Below, one piece after another: positions 43,218-51,124 of a DNA stretch of 64,000 nucleotides. The stretch spans positions 512,001-576,000 of the forward strand of contig CAWFSF010000006.1 in assembly GCA_963818475.1 (NCBI GenBank), given 5' to 3'. The translations under genes were made by a program, and so were the position numbers. The notes beneath the pieces were generated by a model. The model was not told where the DNA came from and did no database searches. It saw only the letters and a program-made list of their open reading frames with translations. The stretch is from Nitrospirota bacterium (GTDB lineage Bacteria > Nitrospirota > UBA9217). Numbering within the stretch: the first letter of the stretch is position 1; each line of letters opens with the position of its first letter.

Positions 43218-43745
43218 TTATTTGTTCTTGTTAATTTCCTTTGATATTTCATCTTCGATGACACGCTGAATCTGCGCGCCCTGGTTAAAATGGTTGAGCG
43301 CATCACGCAACGCGTCACGCGGGCCGAACTTGGCGGAGCTGCCGAGGCCGAGGAAGATGGCCCGGGCGTAGGATGCGGAGTTGAAGACCACGACCTCGTC
43401 GGGACCGGCATCGAAGCTGCCGGCGTCTCCGGATTTCGATTCTCCAGGATTGAGCCAGGCGAGACTCGATCGTAGATGACCCGTTACTCTCGGGACAGGA
43501 TATCCACCGGGCCGAGCCGTCAATAAATCAGATTGACCGCGCAATCTCGATTTTTTATGCTTGTCCGTATCCCGCAGACGCACCTGGGACTGAGCGCCGC
43601 CGGTTAACCATCGAAAGGCTTCTGCGTATATCCCGCCGCCGATGCGCGTGAGCCCCCTCCGAACCGCCCCTGGCAGTGCTTCGGATAGATGGTCTAAGTT
43701 AAAGATGACGTTTTTGTTTTCAACGGTGACTTTAACATCAATCAC
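43218..43745 (-). CDS. HK97-gp10-like tail completion/neck protein
   Basis: TGHLRSSL, VVVFNSASYA, GPRDALRDA match the TGxLxxS / YA / PRxFL pattern. Confidence 0.65.
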   Translation of the reverse strand: MIDVKVTVENKNVIFNLDHLSEALPGAVRRGLTRIGGGIYAEAFRWLTGGAQSQVRLRDTDKHKKSRLRGQSDLLTARPGGYPVPRVTGHLRSSLAWLNPGESKSGDAGSFDAGPDEVVVFNSASYARAIFLGLGSSAKFGPRDALRDALNHFNQGAQIQRVIEDEISKEINKNK

Positions 43746-44593
43746 TTGCGATCCCCCTGATCCCCCACAATACCGGTGCCGCTGGACTGCTGGCGGTCCT
43801 GGATGCTGCCGGCGGTCGCTTGCTCGGAATCACGCATGGCTTCAATCGAGAAGGGCGAGCCCTTCATGAAATCAACAAGAACAGGTTTTTCCCTCGGCAT
43901 GGGAGGCTGAAAAACAACTTCCCCGTCCCCGCCGGTGATGACTTCCGATCCGTGGGCCTCTTCCGTGGCGACGCCATGGTCGTAGCCGGTGCCGCTGGCG
44001 GTCGCTTGCTCGGAATCAGCCGGTTCAAGCAGGCCTTCGATCTCTTTTACGGCCTGCGATATTTCAGCCTTCGACGGCCCGCCGAACTCCAGCGTCCGTA
44101 AAAAGATATCCCAATCAAACGTACTTCCCACAGAATTTCCGTTCGCCGCGGAAAGATAAATATATGCCCGCCTGATGAGCGGCAGGTGTCTCCGAAGCGC
44201 GTCACGCTCCTCTTCGTACGCCGCCCGGTAGACGGCTGCACGGGCGGCCTCAACGGGATGGGCTCTGCTCGGATCATACAGCGATTCTAACTTTGTTATC
44301 TCCTTTCCGATCGCCGAAATCATCAATTCAGTTGTAGCCAAGGCCTGAGCAGCTGTCGTTCTCTGCGCATTTATCTGATCGAGCTCCTGAGGAGACACTT
44401 CGCCAAGGACAATTTTCACGCCTATTTCATCGGCTTTAGCTTCGACTGCAGAAAGAGCATTCCTTAGCAGGGGCACATTTTCCTGTAGCTCCGCCTGTTT
44501 GTCATGATACTTGACGACTTTTGCTGTCCTTGCTTTATCAGCTTCAAAAACTTTTTGAAACACTGTGATTGCACCCTGCCTCAACTTAGTCAT
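43742..44593 (-). CDS. Hypothetical coiled-coil protein
   Basis: 283-aa ORF, SD AGGAGG, helical N-terminal half, DSEQATA repeated twice. Confidence 0.7.
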   Translation of the reverse strand: MTKLRQGAITVFQKVFEADKARTAKVVKYHDKQAELQENVPLLRNALSAVEAKADEIGVKIVLGEVSPQELDQINAQRTTAAQALATTELMISAIGKEITKLESLYDPSRAHPVEAARAAVYRAAYEEERDALRRHLPLIRRAYIYLSAANGNSVGSTFDWDIFLRTLEFGGPSKAEISQAVKEIEGLLEPADSEQATASGTGYDHGVATEEAHGSEVITGGDGEVVFQPPMPREKPVLVDFMKGSPFSIEAMRDSEQATAGSIQDRQQSSGTGIVGDQGDRK

Positions 44594-44608
44594 ATTATTC
44601 CTCCTTCG

Positions 44609-44749
44609 TTATTTCTTCGGCGCCAGCAGGCTCGGCCTCTTATCGACTTCCTTTTTCTTTTCCCTCGGCGCCAGCAGGCTCGGCCTCTTATCGACTTCCT
44701 TTTTCTTTTCCCTCGGCGCCAGCAGGCTCGGCCTCTTATTTGTGCTCAT
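44609..44749 (-). CDS. Basic repeat peptide (46 aa), not in the ORF track
   Basis: AGGAGG SD; MSTN-(KRPSLLAPREKKKEVD)x2-KRPSLLAPKK. Confidence 0.6.
   Translation of the reverse strand: MSTNKRPSLLAPREKKKEVDKRPSLLAPREKKKEVDKRPSLLAPKK
44617..44739. repeat. Perfect 48-bp tandem repeat, about 2.6 copies
   Basis: Units start at 44617, 44665 and 44713. Confidence 0.95.
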
Positions 44750-44809
44750 AACGGGTTTCCCCTCCTTTTTATTGCTACCTGTATTTTACTGAGTGCCTAT
44801 CTCCTGTCG

Positions 44810-45097
44810 TCAAACTGCCTCATGGTTGAGTGTATCTTTCATTGCTCGACGCAATGTCATGACGCGGTCCTTCAACTCCTTCAAGCAGTGATTAAAATCG
44901 CCAATAGGAATCGGCACGTTTGCTCGATATGCCGCCATGGAAGCACGCACCTCCTGTGTATCAAAAAACATTATCCGGAACCGACCGCTATCGTTCGGGA
45001 TGATCCCGTATCGGCAATTTCGATTAATTGCAATGACAGCTGCCGCCTCAGAAAGGTCTTCGGTTTCCACGATTTTTGCTGCTGCTTCTTTTTTCAT
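44810..45097 (-). CDS. DUF5659-like phage/satellite protein
   Basis: ETEDLSEAAAV...F...LKELKDRV pattern recalled for DUF5659. Confidence 0.55.
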   Translation of the reverse strand: MKKEAAAKIVETEDLSEAAAVIAINRNCRYGIIPNDSGRFRIMFFDTQEVRASMAAYRANVPIPIGDFNHCLKELKDRVMTLRRAMKDTLNHEAV

Positions 45098-45115
45098 TTT
45101 CTACTACCCCCAAAA

Positions 45116-45426
45116 GTAACGGGCTCCGCCAGGACCAGGCAACCGGACATGGGATGTACGGAAGTTTCCCGACTTCCGTAACCAGGAGGTACCAGCTTCC
45201 TGGTCCTGGCGAAGCCCGCTATTCATTGAATCACGTCGAGACCGGAGCGGAACTTGAGAAGTCGGGAGGGAAAAGCTCCCGCTTGAAGGAGAAGAACCGC
45301 CCCGGTCTCGACGTGATTCAATGCAGCACATGCGTTTCAAAAAACAAAAAACCGGAGTCCGTAACAGTTCCGCTTGCGCGGTTGCCATGGGGGCTCCGGT
45401 TCCAAAACCTACGCAGAAGACTGCGT
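45116..45426 (-). ncRNA. Candidate structured leader/ncRNA with three large hairpins
   Basis: Stems 45120-45139/45199-45218, 45224-45245/45302-45323 (22 bp perfect) and 45350-45360/45391-45401. Confidence 0.6.
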
Positions 45427-45534
45427 CAGGCAATATTAAATATGATGTTGTTTTGTCGTTTCGCATAATTCGCTCGGTAAACTAATCTGCCGAAAAATTA
45501 GCACACGACTTGGGAATTGTATATCGGAAGTTGA

Positions 45535-45557
45535 GGTATCAGTTTGAAACTGATACC
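45535..45557. promoter_or_regulatory. Perfect 11-bp inverted repeat, candidate operator
   Basis: GGTATCAGTTT-G-AAACTGATACC. Confidence 0.5.
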
Positions 45558-45594
45558 AAGGCATGGCAGGGGAACAGGTGATGAAGCAGAAAGA

Positions 45595-46653
45595 TCAGCT
45601 TTTTCGTTCACGCTCTAATAGTTTTCTGATTGACTCGATCTGCTCGGGTTTATTGCCTGATAATAAAAAATCGGTCAGTAATTCCTGCTCGATAAATTTC
45701 CGCGGATCCCCTAGAAGAATGTGTAGAGTATCTTTCTTTATGAGCGGTATGAGGCGATGATCTATCGGATGGATTTTCTTTTCCCAATTCGGCGTATTTA
45801 TCGTTATGGTTTCTTTGGGGAAGGCTTCTCTGTAGTTACGATGCATGCTCCAAGCAATCGGCAGGAGAAAATGTACAAGGCCGGAGATATATAGTGTTTC
45901 AGGAATTTCACTTTGCTTGACAGCTGCACGGTTTTTATAAACAGAATCAACGAATCGGGCTGCGTCTTTCTTTTCTTTTAATGTTCCATGAAACATTTGA
46001 ATATATCTTTTTTCAAAGTGCTTTCTTAATAATATTATGCCAGGTTTTCGCGACTGAAAAAACGTCTGCATACTTCGAAGAGCTTTTGTGACTATGAGGT
46101 CCATCCTGTCGGAATGACGTTTTAAAAAAGCTGGTGATGCACGTTTGCCGAGGTAATCAAGATCGTCTTGTAAAGATAGTGCTTCAAAATCAGAAAAGCT
46201 CGCACCGTCAATATATTTCCCATTATTGATTTCCTCCTGGACGCGGTCCAGAACTTGTTTAAAACTTAACTGTTCATCATACTTTGTTTTTCCATCGACT
46301 ATGAATATAAAGAACTTATCTTCGTTTCGATGTTTGGTTCTTTTTTCCCTAAACCCATATCGCTTAAATTCAAAACAGTGACTTTTCCCGGTCAATGGGT
46401 ATGCTATAAAAACGCCACCGTGGGGAAAATGTTTTTTATCGGAACTGTCTTTGAAAAAGGGATATCTTATATTAAAGCTCTTGTCAAAAAGATCCCTTGT
46501 ACTTCTGCTTTCTTCTTCTAGCTGGGCTATCCAGTCGTATCCAAGGCAATCAGGCGGGATTTCATTGCGGGCACGCTCGGCGAGTATAAGATCCTCTTCA
46601 AGGGTATCTGGATTGCGTCCATATCGATCCTCTACAGCCTTATCCTCTCTCAT
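45595..46653 (-). CDS. Hypothetical AT-rich cargo protein (352 aa)
   Basis: Long ORF with visibly lower GC; no motif recognised. Confidence 0.75.
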   Translation of the reverse strand: MREDKAVEDRYGRNPDTLEEDLILAERARNEIPPDCLGYDWIAQLEEESRSTRDLFDKSFNIRYPFFKDSSDKKHFPHGGVFIAYPLTGKSHCFEFKRYGFREKRTKHRNEDKFFIFIVDGKTKYDEQLSFKQVLDRVQEEINNGKYIDGASFSDFEALSLQDDLDYLGKRASPAFLKRHSDRMDLIVTKALRSMQTFFQSRKPGIILLRKHFEKRYIQMFHGTLKEKKDAARFVDSVYKNRAAVKQSEIPETLYISGLVHFLLPIAWSMHRNYREAFPKETITINTPNWEKKIHPIDHRLIPLIKKDTLHILLGDPRKFIEQELLTDFLLSGNKPEQIESIRKLLERERKS

Positions 46654-46774
46654 CTCATCCGCCCTCCGGGTGCGGCCTCCGAAAGATGGAACAGGGGGAA
46701 GCCGATCGGAGTATCGGTTTTCGCCCGGGGTTCGACGCCCGGGCTATCCCCCTAGTGCAACGCTTAACACCTTT

Positions 46775-47014
46775 TCATCTGGACGTTTTGCTGCGTCTTG
46801 ATCCGGATCCCGGGGCCGGGATCGGCCAGCCTTCTTCCTTGAATACTGCGAGCACGGCGGCAAGTGCCTTTTTGCCGTCTTCAAGGGCTTCTTCCTCGGT
46901 TTCGCCGTCGCCTATACACACGTCGAAATCAGGATAACTGATCAGGAAGCCGCCGCCTTCTTCCTGGGTAAGCGGACGGATCTCGTAAGGATATTCGGGG
47001 ATATCTATCGGCAT
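46775..47014 (-). CDS. HicB-family antitoxin (short form)
   Basis: EEGGGFLISYPDFDVCIGDGETEEEAL...GWPIPAP. Confidence 0.85.
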   Translation of the reverse strand: MPIDIPEYPYEIRPLTQEEGGGFLISYPDFDVCIGDGETEEEALEDGKKALAAVLAVFKEEGWPIPAPGSGSRRSKTSR

Positions 47015-47274
47015 TATCGATACACGTCCTTCCTATGGCCGATCTTCTCGACATAGACGGTCTCATCCCGGTCATCGATCCGGTATATGACCCGGTATGG
47101 CCGGACGTACATCTTCCACAGGCCTTTGTATTTACCCTTGAGCGGCTCACCGCTCTTGCGCGGGGCGCCGGCGAGCGTGGTCATGACGGCGTCCAGGATG
47201 CGTTTTCGCTGAACGGCGTCGATGCGCTTCAGGTCCTTTTCAATTCGCTCATGGTAGACGATGTTATACGCCAA
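47014..47274 (-). CDS. RelE/ParE-family toxin
   Basis: KDLKRID, GEPLKGKYKGLW, YRVIYRID, IGHRKDVYR. Confidence 0.9.
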   Translation of the reverse strand: MAYNIVYHERIEKDLKRIDAVQRKRILDAVMTTLAGAPRKSGEPLKGKYKGLWKMYVRPYRVIYRIDDRDETVYVEKIGHRKDVYR

Positions 47275-47473
47275 GACGCTTCCTCATATCCTTGTCCGTG
47301 ACATACTTCGCGTTGGGGTTTCGGCTGCGCTCGAGGGCTTCCTCGTAATCCGCGATCTCCTCGAGGTGCAGTTCCAGTGCCTCGCGCGCGAAGTAGCTTT
47401 TTGACCGCCGGTACTTCTTTGCCAGCTCCGCCAGTCGCTTGTCCAGTTTTTCGTCTATTCTCACGCCCAACAT
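47264..47473 (-). CDS. Ribbon-helix-helix antitoxin (RelB-like)
   Basis: MLGVRIDEKLDKRLAELAK...RSKSYFAREAL; overlaps the toxin start. Confidence 0.88.
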   Translation of the reverse strand: MLGVRIDEKLDKRLAELAKKYRRSKSYFAREALELHLEEIADYEEALERSRNPNAKYVTDKDMRKRLGV

Positions 47474-47521
47474 GTAAAACCTCCATTTCGCGGTCCCGCG
47501 TCGATCGTTGAGACCGTCTTT

Positions 47522-47559
47522 TGTTTAGTCATGTTAAGCTATGTTTAACATATTGTCAA
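47522..47559 (-). promoter_or_regulatory. Sigma70 promoter of the TA operon with overlapping operator repeats
   Basis: TTGACA-N17-TAACAT on the minus strand; repeated T(A)AACA(T) units. Confidence 0.7.
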
Positions 47560-47646
47560 GCCGTTTTAAGATGGTCGTGAGCGTGACAGGCGTTACGCAG
47601 CGTGACCACCTGTAACGCGGTTCATTCGGCTTCATCCTGTGACGCT

Positions 47647-48297
47647 TCACCGGCCAAAGATAGCCGGTGTCCTATGTAGGCGTATATCATGATAATGCAC
47701 GTTATCAAAAGTTAAGTCCGCCCGAAAGCTCATATCTAAAGGTTCCGCATCGTCCGATCGTTTGAACACGATAGCGACTTGGAATGGACTGCCCGTGACT
47801 TTCAGCAATCGTGACATTTTCCCAATTTCTATAGCATCGGGCTGAATACCAAGATGGAAGAACTTTGGATGAGACGAATAAACGGGCTCGCCGGCGTCAA
47901 TACGACAATGATCTCGGATATGAGGTGCATTCGCCCATCTCGATGAATCCATAACAACATGGCCGCGCGTAATGACGAGTGCTTTCCCGTCCCCCAGATG
48001 ACATCTTAATATCCCTAAAAAACGTAAATTATTACCTGACCAGAAATGCCGGACCATGTTTTTTTCATCCAGCCCAACGGCAGATCCAGTGCACATGATT
48101 TCATTGGAATCATCACAAGAAAAAATTTCAAACCTGTGTTTAGGCCCTATCTCGTTCACGCTGCCGATACGCCAGCCGTGAAATTCCTTTATCTGTGTAA
48201 CCGATTCTAGGAGATTCAGCTCAGGTAGTAACTCGATATCTCCAATTTTTATAAGATAAGGATCAATAAAATCGTCCATGTCTTTCCCCCGTACCAA
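47647..48297 (-). CDS. Hypothetical cargo protein (216 aa)
   Basis: Long ORF, lower GC, no motif recognised. Confidence 0.7.
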   Translation of the reverse strand: MVRGKDMDDFIDPYLIKIGDIELLPELNLLESVTQIKEFHGWRIGSVNEIGPKHRFEIFSCDDSNEIMCTGSAVGLDEKNMVRHFWSGNNLRFLGILRCHLGDGKALVITRGHVVMDSSRWANAPHIRDHCRIDAGEPVYSSHPKFFHLGIQPDAIEIGKMSRLLKVTGSPFQVAIVFKRSDDAEPLDMSFRADLTFDNVHYHDIRLHRTPAIFGR

Positions 48298-48354
48298 TTC
48301 TGATGTCGAAAACTTGGCTACGTGACGCGCGTGACTTGACCGTGACGTAGTTAT

Positions 48355-48807
48355 TCATCCCTGCTCTATGATATTATTGATTTGGGTTACGCTCAACTTA
48401 AAGCGGAGTGCGATTTCTTTATGATTGGTCCCGTTGTAAATAGCACAGATCTTCAAGTTTCTTTCCATGCGATAGAGCGTTTCAATATCCGGGAACCAGA
48501 TCCGGCGGCCTCCGAGCTCGCAGACGATCTTGTGCATGATCGCGCGGCCGGAAGCCTGGCCTAACTCCTGGCAAGTGGTCATCCAGAGTCTCCTGAAGCA
48601 TGCGCTGCAGCCGTGCAGCGGATCGTTGCTGAGCGAGGCATGCTGATTGAGCCCCGGGTTGTTTGTTGGAACGCGGATACGCTGCCCTCCGGCATGGGAC
48701 ACAAGGTGCTCGATAATCTTTTTGCCGGCGGCTTCGCCATAATCTTTGACAAAACCCTGAAACAGCCGCGTGACAATCACGCGGTTTTGCCGGCGAGTAT
48801 CATTCAT
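48355..48807 (-). CDS. Mor/C-family transcription activator
   Basis: ELGGRRIWFP, ERNLKI...YNGTNHKEIALRFKLSVTQINNII. Confidence 0.8.
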   Translation of the reverse strand: MNDTRRQNRVIVTRLFQGFVKDYGEAAGKKIIEHLVSHAGGQRIRVPTNNPGLNQHASLSNDPLHGCSACFRRLWMTTCQELGQASGRAIMHKIVCELGGRRIWFPDIETLYRMERNLKICAIYNGTNHKEIALRFKLSVTQINNIIEQG

Positions 48808-49771
48808 CAGCCACGCATTTTCGTGACATCGACATTTTATTAAAATCCACCCAGTAATCAGAAAGCGATTCATTTTTCTGGATGCTTGTATCGCGTTGAG
48901 TGAAGTATCGAGCAACGGAGTCGAGACGAACAAATCCCATCCGCTTCATGATCTCCTGCACGTCGAAACCGTGGATACACTGCAGGTCCAGGACATGCCT
49001 TGCCCTGAGCATGTGAGTCGAGGCCATAGGTTTCTGCATCCCGGCACGGCCGGCTAGGTTGATCACGAGATTGTAACAGGCTTTTGCAGTCAGGCGCTGG
49101 TTGCCCCTGGGCTGTCCGTTTTTCTTGTAGCTCACCAGGAGCGGGTCGCCTTTCTTGGCGCCCTGGACCAGGCGAGCGCTCAGAAGCGATCGTACGATCG
49201 TACTTGGTTCCTCCCACAGGGCTACTGTACGGTTACCGCCCGTATTGTTTTTGACGATATTCAGGCTGACGCAGCGCCCATCGTCCGCTATTTGCCCCGT
49301 GTTGAGATCCGTTATCTCTGCAACCCGTAGGCCGGCGAAGACGCCCATGACCAGAAAGACGACGTCGCGGAGGCCCTTCTCCGTTGAGCTGTCGATCGCG
49401 CTGAACAGCTGCAGGACCTCGGCCCGCGTGAAGCTGTACAAGGGGTCGTTGCCGGAGTCCGGGCGGTCGATACCCGCGGTTGGGTCGAGCGCGATGATCC
49501 TGGAATGGATCAGGTACCTGAAAAAGGCCTGAAGCGCGCAAAGTTTAAAGTTGCGCCGCTGATTGCCATTTCCAAGGGCCTTGCAGGCCTGCAGGTAGAG
49601 TCTTACGTCTCGCTCCGTTGTTTCCAATACAGGGCCGTCCTGCGAAGCCTGGGCACGCCAATTGGAGAACTGGCGGATGCAGGTCAGATACCGTTTGCAG
49701 GACGATGGTTTCAATCCCCGAAATTCCATCAGCCATCGTTCGAAGAGATTCAAATCAAGATTTATATTCAT
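48800..49771 (-). CDS. XerC/D-like tyrosine recombinase
   Basis: N-terminal SAM-like domain, AGLRVAEI, THMLR, MGF...ARY. Confidence 0.88.
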   Translation of the reverse strand: MNINLDLNLFERWLMEFRGLKPSSCKRYLTCIRQFSNWRAQASQDGPVLETTERDVRLYLQACKALGNGNQRRNFKLCALQAFFRYLIHSRIIALDPTAGIDRPDSGNDPLYSFTRAEVLQLFSAIDSSTEKGLRDVVFLVMGVFAGLRVAEITDLNTGQIADDGRCVSLNIVKNNTGGNRTVALWEEPSTIVRSLLSARLVQGAKKGDPLLVSYKKNGQPRGNQRLTAKACYNLVINLAGRAGMQKPMASTHMLRARHVLDLQCIHGFDVQEIMKRMGFVRLDSVARYFTQRDTSIQKNESLSDYWVDFNKMSMSRKCVADE

Positions 49772-50257
49772 GCGCTCCCCCGTGCCCCCACTTTTTCACG
49801 ATTCACAATTCAAAATCTATCAAACGAAGATCACTTTCAGCCAATAACAAAAAGGCTTTTAGACTACACCCCAATTTATAAGCAGCAATGAGGGTCGTAA
49901 TCGCGACTGAGACTGATATTTTCCAAGGGGGGTAGGCTACCCCATGTGCTGATCACTGTCTGGATTTAATTTGTACTTCACCTTTCAATAGGTTCATCAC
50001 GTTTCTACCATTGATTCTATTAATGTTTATCACTGTATTGCTTACGGCAATGGCGCTTATTGTAGAAAAGTGCCATTGAGTTCGGCTGTAATCCGGCTGT
50101 ATTACCCGTCACGAAACGACCCATACGCCACAGACCGACCACACAGACAAAACGGAGAATAGACTTTAACCAACAACCACGGACTTAGAATCAACATATC
50201 AACCTCAAAACTACTTAGAATAAAATCACCCTGTAGAATCCTTTTTTCATTCGATGA

Positions 50258-51055
50258 TCAGGCAGTCGTGGCCTTGCCCTCGAAGCTGGCAATCTCAAGA
50301 ACTGTGTACCGAGTGACGAACTCTTTACGCAGCTGGTCTCTATCTTGTCCATAAAGCTCCCTGATCCGGTCTGAACCACCCAGGTCAAAGAATATCTTTT
50401 GAGACAGAGCGTCTCTGACAATTAACTTCTGACCAGGCGGCACATTCAAATCCTCCTCGAATTGCTTCCATGCATTATCAGCTTTTTCGTAGGAAATAAG
50501 CTTCCGTGGCGAATGATTCACCTCCCTCCCTTTAGAAGGTAAAGGCTGGGGTAAAGGCTGGGGCAAAGGCTGGGGCAAAGGCTGGGGAGTATTAGAATTA
50601 GTATTATGATCGGATACAGGTGGTATACTACCTGTATCCTTATTATCTGGTTGTTCTTTTGGGGTTTTCTTGCGTTTCTCGGTTTTCCAACGTTTTGCGA
50701 TGTTCTCCCGCGCCACCTTAGACCGCACGTCAGAATAGAAAACCCATCCCTGGTGTTTGCTCCAATTGTGAATCAAAGTTCGCCCTTTTTTGTCCTTATT
50801 GAGGAAGTTCATACCAGGTGTATACAGGTCGTTTACAAAGGCCATACAATCTGAATCACGGCCTGTGGCAATTTTCCATTCAGTCTCATCGAAGTCGGTC
50901 AGGTTTCCTTTCCGTGCATGCTCTGCCGCATACGCCCAGAGACGGAGAATGGAAAAGGCGCCATCGGTCCCGTACTTTGCAATGATCCTTCTCGTTTTAA
51001 TGTGGTCGAAAAACGACAACTTCACGCGGATATCATCTGGCATAGAGAAAACCAC
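50258..51055 (-). CDS. Phage replication initiator/replisome organiser-like protein
   Basis: FFDHIKTRRI...LRLWAYA N-terminus, PQPL linker repeats, DUF6475-like C-terminus (LGG...KEF...Y). Confidence 0.7.
   Translation of the reverse strand: MVFSMPDDIRVKLSFFDHIKTRRIIAKYGTDGAFSILRLWAYAAEHARKGNLTDFDETEWKIATGRDSDCMAFVNDLYTPGMNFLNKDKKGRTLIHNWSKHQGWVFYSDVRSKVARENIAKRWKTEKRKKTPKEQPDNKDTGSIPPVSDHNTNSNTPQPLPQPLPQPLPQPLPSKGREVNHSPRKLISYEKADNAWKQFEEDLNVPPGQKLIVRDALSQKIFFDLGGSDRIRELYGQDRDQLRKEFVTRYTVLEIASFEGKATTA
50538..50587. repeat. 12-bp tandem repeat x4 encoding PQPL
   Basis: GG(T/C)AAAGGCTGG x4. Confidence 0.9.
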
Positions 51056-51067
51056 TCCTTAAAGAGT

Positions 51068-51116
51068 ACTGCTCCAGGTGGTTGCCCTTCGTGGCATGGT
51101 CACCACCTGGAGCAGT
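51068..51116. other. 15-bp inverted-repeat hairpin between the recombinase and rep genes
   Basis: ACTGCTCCAGGTGGT...ACCACCTGGAGCAGT. Confidence 0.7.
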
Positions 51117-51124
51117 CAAATTAC

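Noticed and set aside
44617-44739. Possible mini CRISPR array
   Set aside because: The units are identical end to end with no unique spacers, and no cas genes are present. It is an in-frame tandem repeat.
45104-45466. 120-aa ORF on the minus strand
   Set aside because: No recognisable SD or motif, and it lies over long inverted repeats, so it is better explained as structured RNA. A leader-peptide role is not excluded.
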